From a virus, in UHGV virus genome UHGV-0105381: a stretch of DNA of 24,558 bases. The stretch is one strand, 5' to 3'. The notes below the pieces were generated by a model. It saw nothing but the letters and a program-made list of their open reading frames with translations, did no database searches and was not told the origin of the DNA. Each line of letters opens with the position of its first letter. The first letter of the stretch is position 1. Both the position numbers and the translations under genes were made by a program. This document shows positions 10,670 through 20,712 of this stretch, one piece after another.

Positions 10670-11923
10670 ATGGCTAACCAATTAGCAAAAGACCTTGAAA
10701 TCATGTTCGAAAACTACGTTGAAGGCTTTGAGGCCGCCTGCGTAGTTTCCCGTAACGCTAAAAAATTCCGTCCCGGTGATACAGCAATGCAGCGAGCAGG
10801 TGATGTTCTGTATCGTCCGCAGCATTACCACATGAACATTGAGGAAGGCCTCGACCTCAGCGGCAAAACGCCAACAGCACTGGTTCAGCGCCTTGTTCCT
10901 TCTGTGTTCAAGGAGCCGAAAAACATTCTGTACACTCTGGATGCGCGTGAAATGCGTGACCCGGAACATAAAACTGAAGCTGGTCGCGCCGCAGGTATGC
11001 GCCTTGCTGCACAGATTGACTCGGACCTGATTTCCATGGTCACGCAGCGTGCTACTAACGTGATCACAATGGCTGACTCAACCACTGGTTCACAGGGCCG
11101 TGATTTGTGGAACTGTGCGGCAGGTATTGATGCCACCATGACGGCGATTGGTGTACCACAGGGTATCAACCGCCGCTCTTTCTGGAACCCCTTCAACTAC
11201 AAAGACCTTGCTGGCGAGCTTGGTCACCGTGCCTATGCTCAGGGCGCAACCCTGACAGCATACGAAAAAGCGCAGATCCCTCCGGTTGCTTCCTTTGATA
11301 GCTACAAGACCGATATTTCTGGTCGATTACCGAAAGGAAGCACTGAATCCTTGACAGTATCAGGCCAACCTGAACACAAGGTTGAAGCGAAAGATTCAAA
11401 TGGTATGCCAGTTGATAACCGACAGGGGACTATTACGGTATCTGCATCTGGCTTGCAGGTTGGTGATGCGTTCACCATTGCCGGTGTGAATTCCGTACAC
11501 CAGATCACAAAAGATACCACCGGTCAACCGCAGGTATTCCGTGTTCTGGCTGTTAGCGGAAATACCGTAACAATTTCTCCAAAGATTCTCCCTGTTGAAA
11601 ATACTGATGTTGCGAGTCGTCCATATGCAAACGTCGATGCCAAACCGGCAGAATCAGCAGCAATCACCATTCTCAACAAGAACGCAGCACCTGCTAACCT
11701 GTTCTGGGCTGATGGTTCTGTTGAGCTTATGTACGGCAAACTGGCGTTCCCGACTGGTCAGGGTCCACAGGTAATGACAGCAACCACCGAGCAGGGCGCT
11801 ACGCTGATCATGTCTTACGCCTTCGACCACATCAAAGGCGTAACCACTGCTCGTTTCACCACTCTGTACGGTTGCTCTGTACTTGTTCCTGAATATACGG
11901 GCATCGTTATTGCCGGGCAGTAA
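10670..11923 (+). CDS. Major coat protein (P22 gp5-like)
   Basis: 417-aa ORF; position, size and conserved stretches (e.g. NLFWADGSVEL) consistent with the P22-type coat protein; followed by a strong terminator. Confidence 0.9.
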   Translation: MANQLAKDLEIMFENYVEGFEAACVVSRNAKKFRPGDTAMQRAGDVLYRPQHYHMNIEEGLDLSGKTPTALVQRLVPSVFKEPKNILYTLDAREMRDPEHKTEAGRAAGMRLAAQIDSDLISMVTQRATNVITMADSTTGSQGRDLWNCAAGIDATMTAIGVPQGINRRSFWNPFNYKDLAGELGHRAYAQGATLTAYEKAQIPPVASFDSYKTDISGRLPKGSTESLTVSGQPEHKVEAKDSNGMPVDNRQGTITVSASGLQVGDAFTIAGVNSVHQITKDTTGQPQVFRVLAVSGNTVTISPKILPVENTDVASRPYANVDAKPAESAAITILNKNAAPANLFWADGSVELMYGKLAFPTGQGPQVMTATTEQGATLIMSYAFDHIKGVTTARFTTLYGCSVLVPEYTGIVIAGQ

Positions 11924-11929
11924 TTTTGG

Positions 11930-11950
11930 TGGGGCTTCGGCCCCATTTTT
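11930..11950 (+). terminator. Rho-independent terminator after the coat gene (TGGGGC-ttcg-GCCCCA + TTTTT)
   Basis: GC-rich stem with a tetraloop followed by ATTTTTATT, read directly from sequence. Confidence 0.8.
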
Positions 11951-11964
11951 ATTGGGAGAAGACA

Positions 11965-12153
11965 ATGGCACGAACAATGCTCTATAAGCCTGGCAACATG
12001 ATCACCTGTGGTCAGTTTGCTGTCGATTACATCATTGTTGATGACGAAGAAGTTAAATCTCACCTGAAAAAAGGTTGGGTAAAAACTCCTGAAGAAACCG
12101 CAACGAAGCAAAAAGTGGCTAAGGCGGAAGAAGATGGCGAAAACGAAGGGTGA
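11965..12153 (+). CDS. Small hypothetical protein between coat and gp4-like genes (ORF-track alternative start 11926)
   Basis: ATG at 11965 preceded by GGGAGAAG RBS; overlaps the gp4-like start by about 20 nt; no motif recognised. Confidence 0.4.
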   Translation: MARTMLYKPGNMITCGQFAVDYIIVDDEEVKSHLKKGWVKTPEETATKQKVAKAEEDGENEG

Positions 12154-12595
12154 TCTCGTTCTAAAGGCTTTACGAAAAGCCGGGCTGTATTCCAGTGCCA
12201 CGTTGACAGATGCTGACCCTCAGGCAATTGAAGATGCCATTAATGACCTCGAAGACATGATGGCAGCATGGCAGGCTAAAGGTATCGAGCTTGGGTATCA
12301 GTTTGCTGATACAGAAAACGGCATCATGCCGTTACCGGACGATGATTCAGGTATCCCTGCATGGGCAAATGATGGCGTCGCTTTGAAACTCGCTGTGCAA
12401 GTGTGCATGGATAACGTCATTCAGCCGTCAGACGCTCTCCTTACCGCTGCTGACAGTGCATATCAGACAATCTGTATCGCTTTAACCAAAATACCACCAC
12501 TTGAGCGGCGAAATGACATGCCTCGCGGTAGTGGTAACAAAAGCGCGTTTACGTGGAATCGGTTTTACATCGAGAAAGATGATCCGAGTACGTGA
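12134..12595 (+). CDS. Tail accessory / head-completion protein (P22 gp4-like)
   Basis: 153-aa ORF; KTKGDLV..ALRK.G...ATLTD..PQ...DA.DDLE.MMA.W and C-terminal GSGN motifs match recalled P22 gp4. Confidence 0.85.
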   Translation: MAKTKGDLVLKALRKAGLYSSATLTDADPQAIEDAINDLEDMMAAWQAKGIELGYQFADTENGIMPLPDDDSGIPAWANDGVALKLAVQVCMDNVIQPSDALLTAADSAYQTICIALTKIPPLERRNDMPRGSGNKSAFTWNRFYIEKDDPST

Positions 12596-12604
12596 GGTGA
12601 ATAA

Positions 12605-14023
12605 ATGCCGATTCAGCAACTTCCGCTTATGAAAGGTGTCGGCAAAGACTTTCGAAACGCCGACTATATCGACTATCTGCCAGTGAATATGTTGGCTACA
12701 CCCAAAGAAATCCTGAACAGCAGCGGATATCTTCGCTCATTCCCGGGCATTGCCAAACGTTCTGATGTGAACGGCGTATCGCGAGGCGTCGAGTACAACA
12801 TGGCGCAGAATGCTGTTTATCGCGTGTGTGGTGGCAAACTGTATAAGGGCGAAAGTGAGGTCGGTGATGTTGCCGGAAGTGGTCGCGTATCAATGGCGCA
12901 TGGTCGAACATCACAGGCGGTAGGCGTTAACGGGCAACTGGTCGAATACCGCTATGATGGCACGGTTAAAACCGTCTCAAACTGGCCTGCAGACAGCGGG
13001 TTTACGCAGTATGAGTTAGGTTCGGTTCGCGACATTACGCGTTTACGTGGGCGTTATGCGTGGTCAAAAGACGGCACTGATTCATGGTTTATCACTGACC
13101 TTGAAGACGAATCGCATCCTGACCGTTACAGCGCACAATATCGTGCCGAGTCTCAGCCGGACGGCATCATCGGTATCGGGACATGGCGAGACTTCATCGT
13201 CTGCTTTGGTTCATCGACTATTGAATATTTCTCCCTTACTGGCGCAACCACCGTTGGTGCTGCTTTGTATGTCGCACAGCCATCACTGATGGTGCAAAAA
13301 GGCATCGCCGGGACTTACTGCAAAACGCCGTTTGCTGATTCTTATGCATTCATCAGCAATCCGGCAACAGGTGCGCCGTCTGTATACATCATCGGCTCCG
13401 GTCAGGTGTTACCAATCGCCAGCGCGAGCATTGAGAAAATCCTCCGCTCCTACACTGCTGATGAACTGGCTGATGGCGTGATGGAATCGTTGCGGTTTGA
13501 TGCTCATGAGTTGCTGATTATTCACCTGCCGCGCCATGTACTCGTGTACGACGCATCTTCAAGCGCTAATGGTCCGCAATGGTGTGTGCTGAAAACAGGC
13601 CTGTATGACGATGTGTACCGCGCTATCGACTTCATTTACGAAGGCAATCAGATAACGTGCGGCGATAAGCTGGAATCGGTTACCGGTAAATTGCAGTTCG
13701 ATATCAGCAGCCAGTACGACAAGCAACAGGAACACCTGCTGTTTACTCCATTGTTCAAAGCGGATAACGCAAGAGTGTTTGACCTTGAAGTTGAATCGTC
13801 AACTGGTGTTGCGCAGTACGCTGACCGCCTGTTCCTCTCTGCTACCACTGACGGCATCAATTACGGTCGTGAGCAGATGATTGAGCAGAATGAACCGTTT
13901 GTTTACGACAAACGCGTTTTGTGGAAGCGAGTCGGGCGCATCAGGAAAAATGTCGGCTTCAAATTGCGCGTTATCACGAAGTCACCTGTCACTCTGTCTG
14001 GTTGCCAGATAAGGATTGAGTAA
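12605..14023 (+). CDS. Tail accessory protein (P22 gp10-like)
   Basis: 472-aa ORF, the same length as P22 gp10 and in the syntenic position between gp4 and gp26 homologues. Confidence 0.8.
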   Translation: MPIQQLPLMKGVGKDFRNADYIDYLPVNMLATPKEILNSSGYLRSFPGIAKRSDVNGVSRGVEYNMAQNAVYRVCGGKLYKGESEVGDVAGSGRVSMAHGRTSQAVGVNGQLVEYRYDGTVKTVSNWPADSGFTQYELGSVRDITRLRGRYAWSKDGTDSWFITDLEDESHPDRYSAQYRAESQPDGIIGIGTWRDFIVCFGSSTIEYFSLTGATTVGAALYVAQPSLMVQKGIAGTYCKTPFADSYAFISNPATGAPSVYIIGSGQVLPIASASIEKILRSYTADELADGVMESLRFDAHELLIIHLPRHVLVYDASSSANGPQWCVLKTGLYDDVYRAIDFIYEGNQITCGDKLESVTGKLQFDISSQYDKQQEHLLFTPLFKADNARVFDLEVESSTGVAQYADRLFLSATTDGINYGREQMIEQNEPFVYDKRVLWKRVGRIRKNVGFKLRVITKSPVTLSGCQIRIE

Positions 14024-14724
14024 TGGCTGATTCGAATCTCAACACCCCTGTTATTGTGCAGGCGACGCGGCTCGATACATCAATCCTTCCACGCAATATA
14101 TTCAGCCAGTCTTACCTGTTGTATGTCATTAATCAGGGGGCTGATGTCGGCGCAATTGCCGGGAAGGCAAATCAGGCTGGTCAGGGCGCTTACGATGCCC
14201 AGGTAAAAAACGATGAACAGGATGTCGAACTGGCTGATCACGACGCAAGAATCACCGCAAACACAAAAGCGATAAATCTCCTTGAGGTCAGGTTAACAAC
14301 CGCCGAAGGGAAGATAGTCATACTACGTAGCGATGTTGATTACTTGCTGGATGAGGTTATCGATATTCAGGCGCATCTGGTCACTGTTGACCAAATGCTG
14401 GATGACGTAGAAAACGATGTCTCTGGCATTAAGAGTGATTACGTATCGAAAACCGTAACCGAATCGCAGTCTCTTGCGTCACCGCTGGATGTAAAAACAT
14501 CATATTCAGTTGATGGAATTCAGGTTGTTGGAGCAAGAAATACCGGATGGACTGCAGCCACAGGTACACCTCTTTTGGGCTCATTCAACGCTAACCAGTC
14601 ATACACAGTCGGCACTACGTACACACAATCCGAAGTCGCAGCCCTCGCTACAGGGTTGCAGCAGGCGCGGCAGCGTATTCTGGCGCTTGAAACGGCACTT
14701 AGATTACATGGGCTGATTGACTGA
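14023..14724 (+). CDS. Tail needle / cell-envelope-penetrating protein (P22 gp26-like)
   Basis: 233-aa ORF; N-terminus [65 protein letters not shown] and C-terminus [13 protein letters not shown] closely match recalled P22 gp26. Confidence 0.9.
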   Translation: MADSNLNTPVIVQATRLDTSILPRNIFSQSYLLYVINQGADVGAIAGKANQAGQGAYDAQVKNDEQDVELADHDARITANTKAINLLEVRLTTAEGKIVILRSDVDYLLDEVIDIQAHLVTVDQMLDDVENDVSGIKSDYVSKTVTESQSLASPLDVKTSYSVDGIQVVGARNTGWTAATGTPLLGSFNANQSYTVGTTYTQSEVAALATGLQQARQRILALETALRLHGLID

Positions 14725-15179
14725 TGATTACATTCAAACCAACGCGAAACATCGACCTGATAGAAGCCGTAGGAAATCACCCTGACATTATCGCCGGGAG
14801 CAACAACGGTGATGGATACGACTACAAACCTGATTACCGTTACTTTGAGGTGAACGTGCACGGGCAGTTCGGCGGAATTGTTTACTATCAGGAGATTCAG
14901 CCGCTAACCTTTGATTGCCACGCCATGTACCTGCCAGAGATTCGCGGCTTCAGCAAGGAAATCGGGCTGGCGTTCTGGCGATACATTCTGACTAACACCA
15001 CCGTTCAGTGCGTCACATCGTTCGCTGCGCGCAAATTCCGCCACGGGCAGATGTACTGCGCAATGATTGGCCTTAAGCGTGTAGGGACCATCAAGAAATA
15101 CTTCAAAGGCGTGGATGACGTGACGTTTTACAGCGCCACACGCGAAGAACTAATCGACTTCCTGAATCACAGGAGATAG
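14724..15179 (+). CDS. Virion-associated protein in the P22 gp14 position
   Basis: 151-aa ORF, start overlapping the gp26-like stop; assignment by synteny only. Confidence 0.55.
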   Translation: MITFKPTRNIDLIEAVGNHPDIIAGSNNGDGYDYKPDYRYFEVNVHGQFGGIVYYQEIQPLTFDCHAMYLPEIRGFSKEIGLAFWRYILTNTTVQCVTSFAARKFRHGQMYCAMIGLKRVGTIKKYFKGVDDVTFYSATREELIDFLNHRR

Positions 15180-15181
15180 CC

Positions 15182-15874
15182 ATGTTATATGCATTTAAGC
15201 TGGGCAGAAAACTGCGCGGCGAGGAACCTTATTACCCTGAAAAAGGCGGGAAAGGTGGCAGTTCTGATAAAAGCGCAAAGTATGCAGCAGAAGCTCAGAA
15301 GTATGCCGCAGACCTGCAAAATCAGCAGTGGCAGACGATCATGAAAAACCTTGCTCCGTTCACGCCTCTTGCGGAGCAGTATGTTAACCAGCTTCAGAAC
15401 ATTTCCAGTTTAGAAGGTCAGGGGCAGGCACTTAATCAGTATTACAACTCTCAGCAGTATAAAGACCTTGCAGGTCAGGCTCGTTACCAGAGTCTTGCTG
15501 CTGCGGAGGCGACTGGCGGACTTGGTTCGACAGCTACAAGCAATCAACTGGCCACGATTGCCCCGACTCTCGGTCAGTCGTGGTTGTCGAACCAGATGAG
15601 CAACTACAACAATCTGGCAAACATTGGCCTTGGTGCGCTGCAAGGTCAGGCGAACGCCGGGCAGACATACGCCAACAACATGAGCAGCATTGCGCAGCAA
15701 AGCGCAGCACTTGCCGCTGCTAACGCCAATAAACCATCAGGCCTTCAGACAGCAATTAGCGGTGGCACGTCTGGTGCGATTGCCGGTGCAGGTCTTGCCA
15801 GCCTTTTGGGAACATCAACGCCTTGGGGCGCTGGCATTGGTGCTGGTATCGGATTGCTTGGCTCGTTGTTTTAA
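15182..15874 (+). CDS. Ejection (DNA-transfer) protein, P22 gp7-like
   Basis: 230-aa ORF, syntenic; N-terminus MLYAF.LGRKLRGEEP.YPEKGGKGGS as recalled for gp7-type proteins; Gly/Ala-rich C-terminus. Confidence 0.75.
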   Translation: MLYAFKLGRKLRGEEPYYPEKGGKGGSSDKSAKYAAEAQKYAADLQNQQWQTIMKNLAPFTPLAEQYVNQLQNISSLEGQGQALNQYYNSQQYKDLAGQARYQSLAAAEATGGLGSTATSNQLATIAPTLGQSWLSNQMSNYNNLANIGLGALQGQANAGQTYANNMSSIAQQSAALAAANANKPSGLQTAISGGTSGAIAGAGLASLLGTSTPWGAGIGAGIGLLGSLF

Positions 15875-15883
15875 GGGGTAATA

Positions 15884-17179
15884 ATGGCTACTTGGCAAGG
15901 ATCAAATGGCGGATTGTTGGCTGGTATCGGCGGCGTCAACTCAAACGCTCCGAGCGTAAATGACATCGGCAATACGCTTCAGCTTATCAGGCAGAACAAT
16001 GATATTGAGCGTTCAGGCGCTAACAATGTTGGGCTGACTGCTTTGCAAGGCCTTTCAGGTATTGCAGGAGTGTTTCAGCAGGAAAAGCAGGCTCAGCGGC
16101 AGAAAGAATTTCAGCAGGCGTACGCTAATGCTTATACGTCTGGTGATCGCGGTGCTTTGCGTCAGTTGGCTACTCAATATCCAGACCAGATTGAATCCGT
16201 TCGTAAAGGCATGGGATTCATTGATGAAGACCAGCGCAATTCCATCGGTACCTTAGCGGCTGGCGCACGCCTTGCGTCATCGTCTCCAGAAGCAATGCAA
16301 TCATGGCTGCAAAACAACGCCAAGGAACTGACTCGCGTCGGTGTTGACCCTAATAACGTTGCTCAGATGTATCAGCAGAATCCTTCAGGATTTGGTGAGT
16401 TTGTTGATCACCTTGGAATGGCTGCTCTTGGTCCGATTGATTACTTCAATGTTCAGGACAAGATGGCTGGTCGTGAGATTGACCGAGGCAGGCTGGCAGA
16501 GACAATCCGCAGCAATCAGGCAGGAGAAGCACTAACAGCTCGAGGTCAGGACATCCAGATACGTGGACAGAACATCAGCGCACAGAATGCTGCTCTTTCC
16601 CGAGAAATACAAAGAGCAGAATTACAAGAAAAGGCTCTGGACAGACAGATAGCCAGAGAAAGCAATCAGTTAAAGCTTGAAGAGCTAAAACAGAAACAGG
16701 CAGATGTTCGGCAAAAGGCTGACATAGCCCGCGCTGACAGGCAGGCCGCCGCTCAGGGTGCAGTTGATACGTTCAGCACCGCGCTTGATTCTCTCAACGA
16801 GATAGAGCAAAGCCCCGGCCTTTCAAAAGCAGTAGGAATTCGCTCAGCGTTTCCGACAGTTCCTGGCTCTGATGCGGCTAACTTTGAAGCAAGGCTCGAC
16901 ACCTTTAAAGCTCAAACATTCCTTCCTATGGTGCAGTCCCTGAAGGGTATGGGCGCTCTTTCAGATGCAGAGGGTAAAAAATTATCCGATGCGGTTGGTG
17001 CCCTAAGCCCCAAAATGAGTGAAAAGGCTTTTCGTGACTCTATCGGAAAGATTAGAAATCAGCTTGAAAGCAAGTTGAGCACTGTTAAAAAACAGTTTGA
17101 TTATCAGGAGCCGGTGCAGAATATGCCAGGGCAACAATCTACTACTGGCAGTAACTTTTCTTCGCTATGGGGTGATTAA
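15884..17179 (+). CDS. Ejection (DNA-transfer) protein, P22 gp20-like
   Basis: 431-aa ORF, syntenic; coiled-coil-rich central region. Confidence 0.7.
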   Translation: MATWQGSNGGLLAGIGGVNSNAPSVNDIGNTLQLIRQNNDIERSGANNVGLTALQGLSGIAGVFQQEKQAQRQKEFQQAYANAYTSGDRGALRQLATQYPDQIESVRKGMGFIDEDQRNSIGTLAAGARLASSSPEAMQSWLQNNAKELTRVGVDPNNVAQMYQQNPSGFGEFVDHLGMAALGPIDYFNVQDKMAGREIDRGRLAETIRSNQAGEALTARGQDIQIRGQNISAQNAALSREIQRAELQEKALDRQIARESNQLKLEELKQKQADVRQKADIARADRQAAAQGAVDTFSTALDSLNEIEQSPGLSKAVGIRSAFPTVPGSDAANFEARLDTFKAQTFLPMVQSLKGMGALSDAEGKKLSDAVGALSPKMSEKAFRDSIGKIRNQLESKLSTVKKQFDYQEPVQNMPGQQSTTGSNFSSLWGD

Positions 17180-19176
17180 TGGCTAAAGCATGGAAAGATG
17201 TTATCGCCTCTCCACAGTATCAGGCGTTAGCACCAGAACAAAAAGCGCAGGCTCAGGAGCAATACTTCAATGAAGTCGTTGCCCCGCAAGCCGGAGAAAA
17301 TGCAGAGCAGGCTAAGCAAGCTTTCTATGCTGCCTATCCATTGCCATCTGTGCAGCCAGTGGAGACACAACAACCAGTATCACAGCAACAACCACAGCAA
17401 AGTGGATTTATGTCGGATCTTGGTGAAGCCGTGAAAGAAACTGGTCGCGGACTGGTGCAGGCTGGCGTGAACGTGGCAAACATACCTGCATCAGTTGCCG
17501 ATGCTGTAACAAGCGCGGCGGCTTGGGCTGGCGGTAAACTCGGAATTGGCGATGGGACATATCACCCAGCGCCACGAGTAACAACGCAGGGATTAGAGCA
17601 GGACTTTGGCCTTCAGCAAGGCGCGCTGACTCCACAAACTACAGAGGGCAGGGTATTTGCTGAGGCATTGCCTTACCTCACTCCTGCTGGCATTGAGAGA
17701 GCGGCAACACAGGCACCAACACTCGCTGGTAGAATCGCTCAGGGTGCAACTCGCCTTCTCGCTGAAAACGCAGTCGGGTCACTTGCTGCAAATAGTGCGA
17801 AAGATGATGCGGAAGCACTCGCTACCGATTTAGGCATTGGCGTTCTGGCTGGCGGCGCTATTAACGCTGCCGGACGTGGATTAGGCGCTGCTTATCGTGG
17901 CGTTCGTGGTGCTATTGCACCAGAAGCGCAGCAAGCTATCAGATTTGCAGAGCGTGAAGGAGTGCCTCTGCACACCACAGACCTGTTACAGCCTAGTTCC
18001 CGCGTCGGAAAAATGGCGCAAACGACAGCAGAAAATATCCCCCTGGCTGGCACAAGCGGAATGAGAGCAACGCAACAGGAAGCGAGAAGCCAGTTGGTTC
18101 AGAGATTTGCTGATAAATTCGGTGAGTATGATCCAGCGGTTGTTATTGACAGCCTTAAAGCGAAAACATCAGGAATTCGTCGCGCTGCAGGAAATCGACT
18201 GGAGCAGGTTCAGAATGCTATGGCGGGAATAAACATTCAGCCTGCAAGAGCAATTCAGCAGATTGATACAGAAATATCTAACCTGCAGAAGCTTGGTAAG
18301 GTTGCTGATAACGAGACTATTTCAAAACTTCAGTCCTATCGTGATGAGCTTGTTCGCAATGCTGGTCCTGATGGTCCGGTAAATCTGGATTTGAAGCAAT
18401 TAAGCGATCTGCGCAGCCAGTTCAGAATGGACGTGAAGGGTGAGCGACCAGTGTTACCAAACCGTTCCGATGCTGCCATTCAGCGCGTTTACAAGGCAAT
18501 GACCGACGATATCAATGGTGCCATTGGTCAGAATCTTGGCAACGATACTCTCCGTAAATATCAGCAGGCCAATGCCGTCTACGCTGACGAAGCCGCGAAA
18601 CTAAAGAATACCAGGCTGAAGAATGTTCTCATGAAAGGCGATCTGACGCCGGAAGTTGTCAACAACATGCTATTCAGCAAGAACAAATCGGAAATTAAGA
18701 CGCTGTATAACTCAGTTGGTCGTGTTGGCAGGGCGCAAATGCGCAATGGCATCATTGGAAAGGCGATGGAGAAATCTGGCGGATCCCCTGACCAGTTCCT
18801 TCGGCAGCTTAACATCCTGCAAAACCAGACTGGCATCACATTTAAGGGGCAGGACGCTGCTTATCTGAAAGGATTAAAAAACTACCTGCAATCTACGCAG
18901 CAGGCTGCAAAAGCGGCAGTAACAACACCCACAGGGCAGCAAACTATCCCGTTCATTATTGGGTATGGGACGGCAATGAACCCTGCGACAACTGGCGCAG
19001 CAGTAAGCTACGGACTTCTTACTCGCGCCTATGAGAGCGAGCCATTCAGAAATGCAATGCTCAGAATGGCAAACACCCCACGCGGATCAACAGCGTTTGA
19101 GAAAGCCATGCAGCAGGCACAAAAGGCAATTAACGCTATGACGCAGGGGGCTAAGTCTGATGCGTTGTCAGAATAG
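17179..19176 (+). CDS. Ejection (DNA-transfer) protein, P22 gp16-like
   Basis: 665-aa ORF, syntenic, Ala/Gly-rich; last gene of the contiguous rightward structural operon. Confidence 0.7.
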   Translation: MAKAWKDVIASPQYQALAPEQKAQAQEQYFNEVVAPQAGENAEQAKQAFYAAYPLPSVQPVETQQPVSQQQPQQSGFMSDLGEAVKETGRGLVQAGVNVANIPASVADAVTSAAAWAGGKLGIGDGTYHPAPRVTTQGLEQDFGLQQGALTPQTTEGRVFAEALPYLTPAGIERAATQAPTLAGRIAQGATRLLAENAVGSLAANSAKDDAEALATDLGIGVLAGGAINAAGRGLGAAYRGVRGAIAPEAQQAIRFAEREGVPLHTTDLLQPSSRVGKMAQTTAENIPLAGTSGMRATQQEARSQLVQRFADKFGEYDPAVVIDSLKAKTSGIRRAAGNRLEQVQNAMAGINIQPARAIQQIDTEISNLQKLGKVADNETISKLQSYRDELVRNAGPDGPVNLDLKQLSDLRSQFRMDVKGERPVLPNRSDAAIQRVYKAMTDDINGAIGQNLGNDTLRKYQQANAVYADEAAKLKNTRLKNVLMKGDLTPEVVNNMLFSKNKSEIKTLYNSVGRVGRAQMRNGIIGKAMEKSGGSPDQFLRQLNILQNQTGITFKGQDAAYLKGLKNYLQSTQQAAKAAVTTPTGQQTIPFIIGYGTAMNPATTGAAVSYGLLTRAYESEPFRNAMLRMANTPRGSTAFEKAMQQAQKAINAMTQGAKSDALSE

Positions 19177-19269
19177 CTTTTCAAACACCAGGAACGTGCA
19201 AAAACCAAATATGTAGAACGCGAGGTTTATCGTATCCCTCTGCATAGGCGATGATACATTTGCTGATTG

Positions 19270-19755
19270 TTATCTGATGTTACTGCTACTGTTGCATGTG
19301 ACTGTATTTCCAAACCCTGAATTGCAGTTTGTGTAAGTTTCAACTCGTGTTGGATAGGGTTGAGTTATAACAGGCTGTCTCGCTTTTTGCTCGATCGCTT
19401 GCATTGTGTTTACAGCCTGATAATTCAATAAAGCCTGCTGGAATGCTTGGCTTTGCGCTATTTGTTGGGCTTGTTCTTGGCTTTGTAGTTGAACATAAAG
19501 ATTCTGAAGCTCAAGTCTTGCCTGCGCGTCACTTATCTTGCCATCATCGACACCTTGCCCGAGCATCTTCGCAGCAAGGACATATAACTTAGGTGTTGGT
19601 GCTGATGCCATGCGTGAGTCGTTCTTCACGCTAGCATCAAGGCAATTAGCCATATCGCTAAGCTTTGGATAGCGTTGTTCGCAATTTGCCTGATAGTCGC
19701 TAACCTTTGCGCACCCTGCCAGCAGAAGCGGGATAATTAACAGTGATTTTTTCAT
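19270..19755 (-). CDS. Lipoprotein of unknown function (moron in the sieA position)
   Basis: Start at MKKSLLIIPLLLAGC with lipobox LAGC; AAGGAGAG RBS upstream; the ORF-track N-terminal extension is probably not used. The +2 residue is Ala, which by the +2 rule predicts outer-membrane sorting. Confidence 0.7.
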   Translation of the reverse strand: MKKSLLIIPLLLAGCAKVSDYQANCEQRYPKLSDMANCLDASVKNDSRMASAPTPKLYVLAAKMLGQGVDDGKISDAQARLELQNLYVQLQSQEQAQQIAQSQAFQQALLNYQAVNTMQAIEQKARQPVITQPYPTRVETYTNCNSGFGNTVTCNSSSNIR

Positions 19756-19889
19756 ATGATTAACTCTCCTTATCTTTGCCATCATGGCACTGTTGGGTGT
19801 AAATGAGTTATTAACTCAATCGACAATATCTTCACGAAAATACTTTTTATTATTAAGATCTTTCTGATTCTAACAAAACGGAAAGTAAT

Positions 19890-20309
19890 ATGAAGAGGAT
19901 TATCGGCGTCGTTGCTGGCGCTATATTGTTATCTGGGTGCGCAACTATTGTTGGTGATGAAACGCAGCTTGTGCAAGTGAACAGCAATCCTTCTGGCGCG
20001 AGCTTTAAGGTAAAAGATGAATCTGGTGTGATTGTTGCGCAAGGTAAGACTCCACAAGGTGTAACACTCGCCAAGTCAGATGGTAGCTATTTTGGCAAAA
20101 AGAGCTACCAGATCACTATGGAGAAGGATGGGTACGAACCAGTTACCCTGCCAATCAAAGCCAATGCTAATGGTTGGTATATTGGTGGGAACCTTGTGTT
20201 TGGTGGGTTAATTGGTTGGCTTGCTGTAGATCCATTTAATGGTGGGATGTATACCTTGAAGCCTAAAGAGGCAAATGCATCCCTTATACCGTCCACAAAG
20301 CAAGACTAA
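19890..20309 (+). CDS. Lipoprotein with PEGA-like domain (moron in the sieA position)
   Basis: 139-aa ORF; signal peptide with lipobox LSGC; SNPSGASFKV...GKTPQGVTL...YQITMEKDGYEP resembles the PEGA domain pattern; Gly-rich hydrophobic C-terminal segment. Confidence 0.7.
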   Translation: MKRIIGVVAGAILLSGCATIVGDETQLVQVNSNPSGASFKVKDESGVIVAQGKTPQGVTLAKSDGSYFGKKSYQITMEKDGYEPVTLPIKANANGWYIGGNLVFGGLIGWLAVDPFNGGMYTLKPKEANASLIPSTKQD

Positions 20310-20316
20310 TAAATGG

Positions 20317-20340
20317 AACCCACCATCAGGTGGGTTTTTT
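20317..20340 (+). terminator. Rho-independent terminator (AACCCACC-atca-GGTGGGTT + TTTT) between the convergent lipoprotein and mnt genes
   Basis: Perfect 8-bp stem followed by a T run, read from sequence; overlaps the 3' end of mnt on the other strand. Confidence 0.8.
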
Positions 20341-20577
20341 GTACAAATCCTTCAGCGTATCAAACACCATCTTCTTAACAAGTTCAGACTGCTCATCAGC
20401 GATGCGTTCCGCATCGTCTCGATAGCCTGAAATTTTGGATGGCCTTGATACAGCATCAGTCACTATCTGAACTAATTCTGAATTAAGAGAGCGGCCATTG
20501 GATTTGGCTCGCTGTTTTAGTTTTTCCTTTAATTCGTAAGGTAGCCGCAGATTAAATTGCGGGTCATCTCTTCCCAT
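20326..20577 (-). CDS. mnt: Mnt repressor (ribbon-helix-helix, P22 immI-type)
   Basis: 83-aa ORF; DDP.FN.R.P.E..EKLK.RA..NGRS.NSEL.QIV.DA.S.PS...GYR.DAER.ADEQSELVKKMVFDTLKDLYKK matches recalled P22 Mnt almost throughout. Confidence 0.9.
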   Translation of the reverse strand: MGRDDPQFNLRLPYELKEKLKQRAKSNGRSLNSELVQIVTDAVSRPSKISGYRDDAERIADEQSELVKKMVFDTLKDLYKKPT

Positions 20578-20641
20578 TCTTGATGCCTCGCTCTTGTGAG
20601 TGGATCGGCATCTTATTATCTGCTGGTTGCATCCTCAATAA

Positions 20642-20654
20642 GACCACGGTGGTC
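20642..20654. promoter_or_regulatory. Candidate Mnt operator: perfect 13-bp palindrome GACCACGGTGGTC
   Basis: Palindrome read from sequence in the mnt/tailspike divergent intergenic region; the core CCACGGTGG resembles the recalled P22 mnt operator (GTCCACGGTGGAC-like). Confidence 0.55.
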
Positions 20655-20712
20655 GTATTTTTTGATTAATAATGAATCACTGCGGCCATTCCTTGTATCT
20701 GGAGCAAATTAA

